NCBI RefSeq assembly: GCF_009914755.1
Contig: NC_060934.1
DNA: 64,000 bases
Reading direction: 5' to 3' (one strand)
Source of the DNA: the human T2T-CHM13v2.0 reference genome, Homo sapiens
Shown here in pieces: positions 28,456 to 40,520 of the stretch. Under the pieces are notes generated by a model, which was given only the letters and a program-made list of their open reading frames with translations, made no database searches and was not told the DNA's origin. Position numbers and translations under genes: made by a program. The first letter of the stretch is position 1, and every line of letters starts with the position of its first letter.

Positions 28456-28808
28456 TGTCTCAGTTCATGCAGGCTACTGTAAAAAATGCCATGGGCTGGG
28501 GGACTGATAAGCAACAGCCATTTATTTCTCACAGTTCTAGAGGTTGGGAAGTCCAAGATCAAGGTGCTGGCAGATGTGGTGTCTGATGAGGGCCTCTTCC
28601 TGGGTCACAGAGGGTGCCTTCTTGCTGTGTCCTCACACAGTGAGAGGGGCAAATGATCTCCCTCAGGCCTCTTTTATAAGGGCACTAATCCCAGAGCCCC
28701 CATGACCTGATCACCTTCCAGATGCCCCACCTCCTAATACCATCACCTCGGGGAGTTAGGGTTTTGACATACACATTTTGGGGGGATAGGAACATCCAGA
28801 CCACAGAA
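28456..28808 (-). mobile_element. MLT1A0-like MaLR solo LTR
   Basis: atttatttctcacagttctagaggttgggaagtccaagatcaaggtgctggcagat...ttttataagggcactaatccc. Confidence 0.88.
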
Positions 28809-31800
28809 CTGTCCCTGGGATGGTTAGGGCAGCGGGTATTGCCTCCTGGGGTGCAAGGCCCAGGTAAAGGAGGGAGAGCTCTGATGGGTCAGTTTGCACC
28901 TCAAAGGCATGCTCACCACTGGGCCCTTTCCTCTTTCTAATAACTGGCCCAGGAGCTGCAGTTTCTCCTCAGCTAGAAAGGATTTTTTAGATGTCAAAAC
29001 ATGGCAATATGCAGAAAATTAAAAATATATACAATGTAGAGCCCAACAGAACAGTGCTATGACCAGGTGCCCAGGTATGGGGCCAGTGAATGCTCCACCT
29101 GCATGGCTAGGGAGCTGTGCTGCCTCTCCACTCAGCTTTCTCCCCTGTAGCGAGGGGACAGTGAGTCCTGGCCTCACACGGTGACTTTGAAGAGCAGGCA
29201 TGCTGCTGTGTGTGAGGCCCTCAGCCCAGGGCCAGGCACACAGTCGGTACACATGTTTACGTGACAAATACTAGGACAACTTGGCTTGAGAAAGACTTAA
29301 TCAGCAAAATGGATTGGAGTGGGGAAGCTGAAGAGGGGAGACCAATTAAGATCCTGTAGCTCAGAGACAAGGCGGTGAGGGCCTGAGCTAGGGTGGCCTG
29401 AGTGGAGTAGGAAGGAAGGCGTGGTGGGACTCCCCAGGTTTCACCGCTGAGGGGATGCTGGAGCCCTTCATGAAGGCATTCACTCAGGGAGCAGCTATGA
29501 AGTGCCCACTGCATGCCCAGTGCCAAGTGATGTGCGTGGAGTTGGGGACGCTGCGGACCAAAATGCTGCTCCTCCAAAACCATTGTCCTCCCATTTCTTG
29601 CTTTTTGCCCTATTCCCCTCTATCCCTGTACATCGCTTGATGCTCAAAGGTTAGATTTAATAAGTTTGAGGCATCCTTGGGATTTCATGGTGGTGGCAAT
29701 AGAAAATGTGAGACTGGATTTTAGAAGTGAAAGTGGGAACAAGGTGGAGAATTGGGAGTGATTGACATGAAACAATTGGAATATTTGAGGTCGGCAAGAG
29801 GGGAAGTGTAGGGAGGAGAAGAGAGCAGGGGAGTATCATCGGTGTGGGGCTAGACCCTTTTATTCCCCCTCCCAGGTCAGCATGAAGCTCCCTGAGGCGA
29901 CACCTCACTATCCTGTGTCCCCCAGCACCCTAGACTTGATGGCAGCAGAAGACAGAGCAGGTCCTCAGCCTCAGGAGCTTAAACGACCCATCCCGCCATG
30001 TTTTGCATATGTTTGCCTACTTGACAGCTACCAAAGTTTTAAAAACAAAACATCCGTGTACATTTAAATGGATGTAGGCATCAGAGCCTATAAATCGGTT
30101 GATTTAGACTATCCTGTTGGCATCCATAGTCCAAGTCACACAGGGTTCAGATACCAGCTAGAAGTGCCAGTCTCCTCCCACCACCTACTGCCCTCTCAGG
30201 CAATAGTACTTTTACTGAGGGGTGTGTGTTAGATTCTTAGATGGGAAGAACAGTGGAGAACCAGACTGAGAACCAGAAAAAAGGCAGGATGAGGACCAGG
30301 GTTGCCTGGGGGGCTGGGAGTCCCCTGCCTTCCCTCTCAGAAACCAGCACCAGAAGGAACGCCATCCAGGTACTGTCTCACCTTGACTCTCTGGACTGAG
30401 GGTCGTATCTCCCAGCAGCTCATCCCTTGGCCCAGCTTGGAAGTCAAAGACCTGCTGGATGGGAGCAGGGAGAGGGAAAGAAGATTCTGCAAAACAGAGT
30501 CGTGCTGTTAGGGAGGGGGAATGGGTGCTGGGAAATCAGAGAAGCAACCATGCTCAGGGAGCTCTTTATGACACCAGGACCCTGGGCATAATCAAGTACC
30601 AGAGGCCTTCAGTGTCCCAGGTACCCAGAGGCCTGCGGGGGGCACTGAAGCGCTCAGAGCTTTTGGGAAGCAGCATCAGCACTGAGCACCACAGAGAGCC
30701 CAGAAAAGCCTCAACCCCTGGGAGGCATCACTTTGGAGCAGTTTCTACATTTGCTTTCTGCGTTGTGTGCCAGGGAGTATTTGACAAACATCACGGCCTC
30801 ATTCACTGGGTCTCCTTGTAACTCCCCTATTCTGAATACCTTGAAACCATTCTGTCAAACTTAGAGTCAGCCACAGAAATGCAGCTTAAGATACCATTGC
30901 CCCAGGTGTGCTGCTGGGGTCTGGGCCCTCACCTGCACTCCCTGAGAGCTCCATGCCCTGGAGAAAGGCCTCTGTGAGGGAGGGAAAGGCACTGAACCTG
31001 GACATAGGCTGTGTGGCCTCAGAGTGGAGAAGGTGTTCTGTGGTCCTCCCGGGGAGCCTGACCGATGAGACGGCCATCACCCTGCCCTGGACGCCTTGCC
31101 TGAGGGTGTCTGTGTTACTGTTGGGTGAGTGTCAGCCCTCAGCTCACTCAAAAGCTTCTGGGCTATTTGCCTGACAGTAGACGTGACCAGCTTTCCTCAC
31201 CGGGGTCTGTGGAAAGGGAGGGAGAGCATGTATCATGCTCCTTACCTCTGTTTGGCAATACTTGCTGTTGCCTTCATAGAGAAGCAGGTATAGGTATCAG
31301 GTGTGAATCTGCCTGTCCAGATTGCAGTGGGAAAGCATCATTTTCCTTTACGTGTTTCAAATAAATTTAATTCTGGTCCCAAGCTACCACTTATCAGAGA
31401 AGACGAGGCACCCAGAATCAATCAGCCTTGGACTCAGCCTGCCATGGCCAGCTGCTGGCCTCTGCCCCCTCATTGTGCTGTCCTCTAGGAAGGGTGGGTG
31501 AGGCTGGCCCAGGGGCTGTGGTGAATGCTCTCCCCTCCTCACACTCCACCAGGCCGTCCTCTCTGCTCACCTTGTCCAGTCTCAGAACTTTCCCCATCAA
31601 GAAGACAGGTCTAGGGGACAAGAGGCTGTGCTGTTCTCAAACCCAGAAAGGCCCTCCAGCACACCATGGAAGACCAAGCTGACATTCACTACTTACCCTT
31701 CATTCGATACATGCATCACGTCCTGGCATGATCCTACGTAGTCACTGTTTCCTTTCTGCATGCACCGCTTGGATGTAGACTTCATGATGCCTGGCCCATT

Positions 31801-33162
31801 CGTTCATTGCTGCATCCTGCATCCTCAGTGCCTACATCAGGCCCCAGGATTTATTTGGGAATCTGAGTGCAGGACTCACAGTGCGGGCAGGGAGAAGCGG
31901 CCACCTGAATGAGGAAGCCCAGCACATATAGATGAACCATCAAACAACAAAAAGAGAAAATAAAGGGTGAAATAAACAGCAGAAGAAGTAGAGACAAATG
32001 ATAGAAAGAGGCTGCCTGCAGAAGTGAGCCTGTGTGTGGACAGTGGGGCTGAGGTGGCTGCTTTTTATTGTAAGCTCTGCTGTGACACTGAGTTGTTACC
32101 ATGTCCATACAGTATCGTGCTTAGCAAAGACATTCCTCCTTAATAATCAATTAATGTTAATTAATGTTCCTATGTTGGCTGGGCCAACATAGGAAGATAC
32201 TGATATTTACATATTTCCACCCTACCATTGTCATGGTTCCTCATCTCTTATGATGGTGGCTCCTATAGTCTCCATATTTGTCTTCCTGTCTCAATTTGCT
32301 TTCCCCACTAATTTAGCCCCCATATTGTGATCAGATAAATCTTTCCAGAGCACAAATCAGATCCTGCCATTGCCCTGCTCTGAAAATTGTCATTTTTCAT
32401 AAGACAAAGTTCATCTTGCCATATTAAACATTTATTGAACTATGGTCCTGGAGATTCAAAGATGAAAATCCTAATTCTTGCCCTCAGGGAATTCATAGTC
32501 TAGTGATAACAGACAATATGCACAAGGCATTAGCTAAGTGTTATGGAACCGGCAGATGCTAAGAGAGCCGGGTATACAAGAAAGGCACCAGGGGACGAGG
32601 CCTGAATTAGTCAGCTGAAAACGGGGAGAATACGTTGGTTGGTTCAGCCTAGCCATCATTCACCCTTTTCTTCTGGTAATGGAACTCTCACTTTTCCTTT
32701 GAGTAATTGCTCCTTCTCCATTCCCCCTGTGGCCTTCAGGACATTGGCACTCAAGGTTCAACTGCCCCAACCATCCAGGGATAAGCACATGATCTCAGCA
32801 TGGCTTGTCATATTCCTCCCACCTCTCTCTCTCAAGTATAATATGTCCTTCACCTTGTGGGACTACTATATAGCATGGACAGTTGAACAGGTTCGACACT
32901 GCACTCCTGTCCCACTCCTACAGCATCATGTACACAACATCTTGCTCATTTTTGTATCTATTTTCTTCCTGCTCCTCAATGTCCTCAAAGTCAAGAACAT
33001 GTCCTCTTCTTATTCTGAGGCATCTTTGTGCAGTAGTTATGGGTGAATACGTGGGAACTAGCAGCCGCTAGTAGGCTCTGTCTCCTAATGATTTAATGAC
33101 GTTTGGCTTTAACTCAACCTAATGGAGCCTCAGGTCCTCTCTCTGGAAAATGGGAATAATAC

Positions 33163-33551
33163 TGTTGTAGTCTGTTTTCTGCTGCTATAACAGAATACCA
33201 CAGACCGGGTAATTTATAAACAATAGAAGTTTATTTGGCTCATGATTCCGGAGGCTGGGATATCCAAGAGCATGGTGCCAGCATCTGGGAAGGGCCTTTG
33301 TGCTGTACCATCCCAAGGTAGAGGGTGAAACAGCAAGCAAGTATACACAGAGCAAGAGAGCAAGAGGGGGCTGAACGTGCTTTAATAACAAGCCCACTCT
33401 CTTGATAACTAATTCATTCCCATGACAATGACATTGAGGGCAGGGTTCTCATAAACTAATCACCTCTTGCTAGGCCTCACTCCCAACACTGTTGCATTGG
33501 GGTTCAAGTTTCCAACACATGAATTGTTGGGGATACATTCAAAGCATAGCA
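33163..33551 (-). mobile_element. MST-family MaLR solo LTR
   Basis: gctgctataacagaataccacagaccgggtaatttataaac...acattcaaagcatagca. Confidence 0.88.
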
Positions 33552-34066
33552 AATACCCGTCATACAGGACTATGGGAGGAGTAAAGAAGGCAGATCTGTA
33601 AAGCAAGCAGCCTCTTCACACAACACCAAGCCTGGGTGTAGTATGTGCCCAGTTAGGCAAATTAGTCTTGAAAACCTAGGAGATATACCTTTGCTTTGTG
33701 CTGGGCACTTGGAACAGATGGAAAGTCTGCCAGATCCCCCTTTTTTGTAGGGAGCACACACTTTATCTAAGGCCTTTTCAGCATGTGACCTAGCCACCTG
33801 CCTGCTTGCATGCACCCCAAAAGATAGACATGTGTGACCTACAGGCAACTTTGCTATCTGATTTCCCTGTGGGCATGGCACACTTTGGTTGCAGATAACT
33901 TGCCCTTGCTTATTCCTTCTGAACTTTAACAGTAACCCTGAAAGGTAGACACTCTCATTCTCCCTATTTTACAAATGAAGAAACTAAGGATCAAGATGGT
34001 GAAGGATTCCCTGTGGGTCACTAGGAGCAGGTAGCTACTAGCGGTGTGGTCTCACCTCCAAAAGGT

Positions 34067-34282
34067 GTTTCTTTCCTTTCTTTCTCTCTCTCTCTTTCTT
34101 TCTCTTTTTCTTTCTCTTTCTCTCTTTCTCTCTCTTTCTCTTTCTTTCTTTCTTTCTTTCTTTTTCTTTCTTTTTCTTTCTTTCTCTTTCTTTCCTTCTT
34201 TCTTTCTTTCTTTCTTTTCTAGACAAAGTATCCAAAAGGTGTTTCTTTCCTTTCTTTCTTTCTCTCTCTCTCTTTCTTTCTT
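34067..34282. repeat. CT-rich (CTTT/CT)n tract, expanded and duplicated Alu tail
   Basis: Direct reading. Confidence 0.93.
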
Positions 34283-34568
34283 TGGAGACAAAGTCTCCCT
34301 CTCTCGCCCAGGCTGGAGTGCAGTGGCGCCATCTCGGCTCACTGCAACCTCCACCTCCCGGATTCAAGCGTTTCTTCTGCCTTAACCTCCTGAGTAGCTG
34401 GGATTACAGGCATGCACCACCATGCCCGGCTAATTTTTTTTGTATTTTAGTAGAAACAGGGTTTCTGCATGTTGGTCAAGCTTGTCTCGAACTCCGGACT
34501 TCAGGTGATCTGCCAGCCTAGGCCTCCCAAAGTGCTGGGATTACAGGACTGAGCCACTGCGCCCAGCC
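34283..34568 (-). mobile_element. AluS element
   Basis: Antisense dimer ending cctcccaaagtgctgggattacagg..gagccactgcgcccagcc. Confidence 0.95.
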
Positions 34569-37500
34569 CTTTCCCCTCTTTCACGCTATCTTTTTCATTT
34601 GAAGAGCACAGTCACCAGGATTCACTTGAACTTCAGCATGACCAGTCCCAAAGTGGCAGCAACTCTCTACCCAAGTTCCTCTGTTTTTAGGGGTCACCAC
34701 GCTAGAGAGCAACAAGGAGGCCTCTGTGGGTGCCAGGACCACCAGGTACTGATCCCCAAGGGAACAAGGGCCACATCCCAGGCCCTGAGAGCCCAGGTGA
34801 GAGCATGGGGTTCCTGGTGAGACCCGCTTCTGAAGGATGATGTCTCTGACTTCCGTGCTTTAAAAGCAGGGAGTGAACAGAAGAGGTCGGTCATGGGTTG
34901 ATCCCCCCAGAGTAGCTCTGGCATTCATCAGCTCCTTTTGGGCTAGCTGCTTTGCATTAGAGAAACTTTGCATTAGAGAAACTACAGGGTCATTCAGCTC
35001 ACTCTTCACCTCTCTCCTGGTGCCACACTCTCTTTGCTTCTCTTCTTATTTTCTTCCCCTCCTCACTCTTTGTCTCCCTCGTGTTTCTGTTTTTTCCTTC
35101 CCTCCTCCCTCATCCGTCTCTCTGGTTCTCTCTGTCACCTCTTGCTTCCATCCTCTCCCTCTTTCTGGTGCCTGGTGATTGAGTCAGGAAGGTGTGGAAT
35201 CTGTTTTCCTGCCCCCAGAACTGTGACTTCAAACCAAGGGAGGAACTGTTTGGGAGAAAGACTGAGGAGGGTTTAGCAGTTATCAAAGGCCCATCAGTGT
35301 CGGGGCGGTAGACTTCCTGTTTATACAGCCCTCCTCCTCCTGGGAGGCTCAGCTGAGCCTGGCCAGCTGTGGCCTGGGCAAGCTGCCGGCTCCAAGGCTC
35401 AGGATCCCACTGAACTTGTGTCAGGCCCGGCCTCTTACCCTTGGCCCCAGGCTCATTGAGAAGTCCTGGGGTTCCTCACACCTGCTGCTGGCTTCCTCTG
35501 CACACTCTCTTGCATCTCCCAGTCTTCCTCTATCAGGGGGTCCTGGGAGTGCGCACTTTTTAGGAGGAAGATGCTGGTGTGTCCACCCTTACCCCTGCAG
35601 TGCACAGAGGGGCTTGGTTGGTGGAATGCCTCTGACCCTCTGTCTTAAAGGCAGGAGCCCCGTGTCTCTAAACTGGAAAGCCACCTGGGAATTCATGCAT
35701 CTGTCCAGCCCTCACATACTGATTAAATACCATTCAGGTGTGAAATATCGAACTGTTCTCCTGCTCCTTCTAGGGCCCTGGTGACACAGATGGAGAAAGG
35801 CAAGGATCTCCGTTGGCCCTATGCTCTCCTGAAGTTCACATGCTGAAGAGGACATAGGCAGTGGGCAAGGAAACAAGGGACTGTCAATGGTGACACTGCT
35901 GTGGGGCAGCTCAACGGGGACAGAGGCAGGGCTGGGGTGCAGAGGGCGGTCTGCCCGACCTGACCAGGGGAGCAGGGATTTGTGGAATTGAGACCTGAAG
36001 AGTGAAGAGGAGACAGCCATAAGCAGATGGGGTCGCTCCAGGCCAAGGTCCTGAGGGGGCCCAGGCTTGATGGCACGGAAGCCTGGGTAGTTTGGAGAGG
36101 GGCTCGAGGAACCCTGGAAGGTAGCCAGAGGCACACCTCGCTGGACCTGCAGGCCCTGGAAAAGAGTCTGGATTTGATTCCAGTGGCATGGAAAAGCCAT
36201 TGGAAAATTTCCCTCCAGAGGAAAGGCAGCACCAAATTTATGATTTAAAGCCCAAACTGGCTGGCAGGAGCTGCTAGAGGGTCTGTCTCCACAGAGGACC
36301 CTGTTGTATGACCTGCACCATCCAGCAGGGGTCTGGTCGCTGTATCAGTGATGACCATGAACTAGGCCCTGAGGGGCCTGGATATCACACACACAAGCTC
36401 CTCAATACTCCCGGAAACGGCTACCCATGAACAGAGAGAGACAGCTAGGGGTAGAAAGCAGCGAGTGTGGCATAGTCAATGAAACACCAATTGTCCCTCA
36501 AGTGCCACCCCTAAAACCTCTTGTGAGTGTTTGCTCCAGGCCCATCTGGGTTGGAGGAGAAAGCAACTTCCCCTTGCAGGTTGAGGGCACGCACAGCTTC
36601 AGGCCAACCCTTTCTACCTCCACACCCGATGGCTCCATATTGCTGGCGTGGAATGTGTTGTATTGACTCACACGGGAAGTGGGGCCCTTTCACCGTGGGC
36701 ACAGAGTGGCTTGATGGAGATGGGTAGGCAGCAAGGACAGGGGTGCCATCTTAGAGGATTATCCCTGTGTCCCCATGGCTGCCCATGGCAGGGCTCCCCT
36801 TGAATCCTCACTTGGAAAAAGCCTCTTCCTGAACAGCAAATGTTTAAAATGGCCTTGTGACCCCACCGAGCCAGTCATGGAGCCCTCAGATGACCTGCCG
36901 CAAGACACTTGTCCCAAGCCAGCCACCTCAGTGGGCAGTCAGCATTCTGGGGACCTTATCAGAGGACATGTCCTTCCTTGGCATCAGGTGATCCAGCCTC
37001 TGGGCATATGGGAACTGTGGGGGTTGCATGTGGCAAGACTGAAGATTTCCCTCATCAGTGATAAAGACATTGATAAAAGGCTTTGCCACCCTAGGCTTCA
37101 GGGTCATATCGCAGAGGGCAGGCAGAATAGGCTCTGAAAATGATGAGAGGAGCCCAGGCCAGATTGAGAAGAGAGCACCTTCTTGCCATGCTCGCCCTGT
37201 TAGAAAGAAGCTGGAAGCTGACGTATCTTCACCTCCCATGCTGTGCTCTACACATGGAGTAGTATTTAGAATAATGATAATGAGAATCATCTTCACGCTT
37301 TGAGTATGTATTAAGTGCTTATTATGTTAACCATTTTTCATATATTTTCTCAATTAGTTCTCCCCTAAATTTAGAAATATTTTGAGATGACAAGGTTGGA
37401 GCTCAGAGAAATTAAGTGACTTGTCTGAGGTCACACTCACACAGGCTAAGTCTGGACTATAGCTCAGGTCTTCCTAACTCCAAAAACTAGGCTTGTAACA

Positions 37501-38610
37501 CCTAAACTTAATTCAGACTAAAGTTGTAAAGTTCCTATTCCAGAGTGTGAATTGATTCATTCTCAACAAGTCCTTTGGGCATTGTTGTAACTCATTAAGC
37601 TAAAATCCCCTTGGGGAATTTTTACACACAGTGCTGGAACTGGGTCAGCTTGTGTCCCCTTTGGAGTTGAAACCTGGGACCAGAGTGAGCCGAGTTAGGA
37701 AGCAGCTCCCCTTGCAGAGTGCTGAATGCTGCCTCTTCTTGTTTTATTTTTACTGTTTACATGTACTATAAAAGTAGTGCAGGCTTGTTTCAAGAAATGC
37801 AAACATCATGGGAAAATATCATCTGAAAGTGTAACAGTCTGTATGTTAATCAGCGTCCCAGCAGAAAACAGATGGCACACTCAAAATAGGGTCATTTCAG
37901 AGGAGTTTAGTAAAGGCACTACTTGCAAAGGTGCAAGCAGGTCACAGGGTGGGGAAGTGGTCATCCAATGCAAAGGCAGGGTGCTCTAGGTAGATGGCTC
38001 CCCTGGACAGAGCAACCAGCCTCCATCAGCAGAAACCGGGAGTAACCTGGCTGCAGGGCTCCAGGGAAGAAACATCCTGACCTCAGCTCTTCCTGTTGTC
38101 TCCATATTTTCTGGTGGTGCAGACAGCAGTGCCCGTGAGTGGTCCCAGGACAGAGGTCTGGGCTGAGACAGTAGGGTTTAGATTCAGAGGGGCCAGAAGG
38201 TATTCCTCACATCCCTCAGAATTTTACCTCATAAAGTAACCTCTGTGGGTAGTGATGTCTCTAAACACACTCCTAGGGACTGAGTCCAAAGGTCACTTGC
38301 CCATCTGGATTGTTCTCCCCACGGAAGCCCCTGCAGTTGGCTGCCCTCTAGTATGGCAAGGAATTGAGAGAGTAGAACACAGTCTTTGTTGCATACACAG
38401 AGAATACCATGAATCCAATGAGAGTAATGGAAACGTGAAAGGGGCAGGGAGGCGGCGGCACAGAGGCTGGGTCCCCAGAGATGGGCTGAGAAGCGGAGAG
38501 GAGGATAAGCCAGCATCCCCACCCAGGCTGCAGGGCTGGGTCCCCACATGCTGCTTCTGGAAACGCTCACCTCCACTAACTGGCTCCCTGCTGGCTCCAT
38601 ACACACATGT

Positions 38611-38612
<2 letters not shown>

Positions 38613-38649
<37 letters not shown>

Positions 38650-38789
38650 GTGCATAGAAAGCTCCCTGTGCAGCCAGGGGAGGTGGCAGGAGAGGGCAGG
38701 TGTGATCACACATGGAGGCCCAGAGAGCTCTAGGAAGCTATTGGAGTTTGAGTTTGATTGAAAGCCACAATGGCTTTGATGATGGGAAG

Positions 38790-38826
<37 letters not shown>
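38613..38826. repeat. (AC)~17 at 38613-38647 and (GT)~17 at 38792-38826
   Basis: Direct reading. Confidence 0.95.
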
Positions 38827-38827
<1 letters not shown>

Positions 38828-40189
38828 ACGCTAGGGGTGGGGTGGAATCATGGCAGCTCCAGGTTTTTGGCTGGTGATACCGCAAGACAAGGAAGCTGGG
38901 AGTTGAATGTGCTTAAGTGATAAGGGGGATGTGAGAATCAAGCTTTCTCTTGGTCTCTGCAAAGGTTGAAATGCCTTTGACATCCAAGTAGGTAACTGAA
39001 TAAAAAATGAGTTGGAAGCTCAGCTGAGAAGTGAGGACCCAAGATGTAAGATTTTCAGTATCTGGACGTAGCACGTGGACTCCAGAAGATGCCCCACTCC
39101 GAGCGCTTCTGTGGCTAGGAGGCGTGTAGGCTTACCTGCTTCAGCACTGGGTGGGGACCTGTGTGTGTGTGTACATGTGTGTGTGTGCGTGCACATGTGC
39201 ATGTGCATGTTTCTGTCTCTTTCTGTCTCTCTCTACCTCTTTCTCTGTCTCTCACCATCCCAGGACAGGTGGGAAGTCGGGGACGGGAGGATGCACCTGT
39301 GGAATGGGCCCTGCATGCCTTCCCTCTGGGCATCGAGGCAGAGCAAAGGGAGTGGGAAGAAATCAGAGAGAAAGAAGACCAGGAGCAGCCTCAGAGCCAG
39401 AGCTCAGGATGAGCGCTTCCTGCCAAACCCTGGGCGAGGGCAAGCAAAGCAGGGCTCTCCTGGGACTCTCAGGCCCAGCATCCAGAAAGGGCTGGCTCAG
39501 CACCCCCTAGAGAGAGAGAAAACGCTTCAAGGATCCCAGGCACAGCAGCATGGGTTTCCTCTGATTTACAGGTGGCTGCTGTAGATTCCAGGCAGCCGAA
39601 AAGGCCCTGGGAAGTCACTGGGCTCAGGAACAAGGAGGGGCTTTTTTAGGATCTCCAGTGACAGAAACGATACCGAGTTTTACATGCCCTCTGGTGCCAC
39701 CCCTCACCCCAGCAGTCCTCTTTGTATTTGTGGGGGCTGGTTAGAAAGGGAGCAGCCGCAGGGACTTCCCCTTGGGGAGGGAAACATGCCTGAGTGTGAG
39801 CCGGCGGAGGCCAGGAACCAGGGAAGAGTACCCATGCCTTTTTGCAAGACGTCTTGGGGAGATGTTTGAATAAGAAACCCAGACTGTAACTCCCCAGTCC
39901 TCTCGTCAGCTGGACAATGGAACCTCTACTCCCAGGGGCACTGAGTTCAGTGAGGAAGATCTGCCAGGCAAGCTCAGACCAGTCTAATGGATGATCTCAC
40001 AGTAATCAAACCTGGAAGAAATGTCCCGGACTCCCCTGGGAGGGAGGGGTGCTCATTGAGTGGGTGAACAAGAGGCAGGATTAACACCCCGGAGTTGGGC
40101 ATCTCTTTCAATCTTGAAGTCTCATGTTTCTCTGGCCCTGTGGCCCTGGACAGTACACAGTCACCACCGGCACACTGACCAGCCCAGCA

Positions 40190-40520
40190 CAACAAGGCCG
40201 CATGCCCGCGGTCCGGAGCACAGGCTCCCTCTCACCCTGTGGCCCTGGACCTGTCAGAAATGCATATGCCTAGGTTCCACCCCAACCTGCCGAGCCAGAA
40301 CCTCTGGGGGCAATCAAGAACCCTGTGTCTCAGCTAACTCCAAGGCTTCCTCGAGTTTAAGAGCCACTGGTCTAGAGCAGTGACTTCCCACCATGGCTGG
40401 GCACCGAGATCGCCCACAGAGCTTTAAAAACCACTGCCCCCGGTCCCACCCGGGGCTCTGATTCCACTGGTCACCCAGTGTGGATTTCACGAGCCAAATG
40501 GGCAGCCTGGGCTGAGAGCC
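40190..40520. mobile_element. Adjacent degraded MER5-family hAT elements
   Basis: tgtcagaaatgcatat...agtttaagagccactggtctagagcagtgacttccca. Confidence 0.6.

Noticed and set aside
34038-34385. Basic low-complexity ORFs on the CXCL12 strand as a possible extra terminal exon
   Set aside because: Alu plus microsatellite; no convincing acceptor seen.
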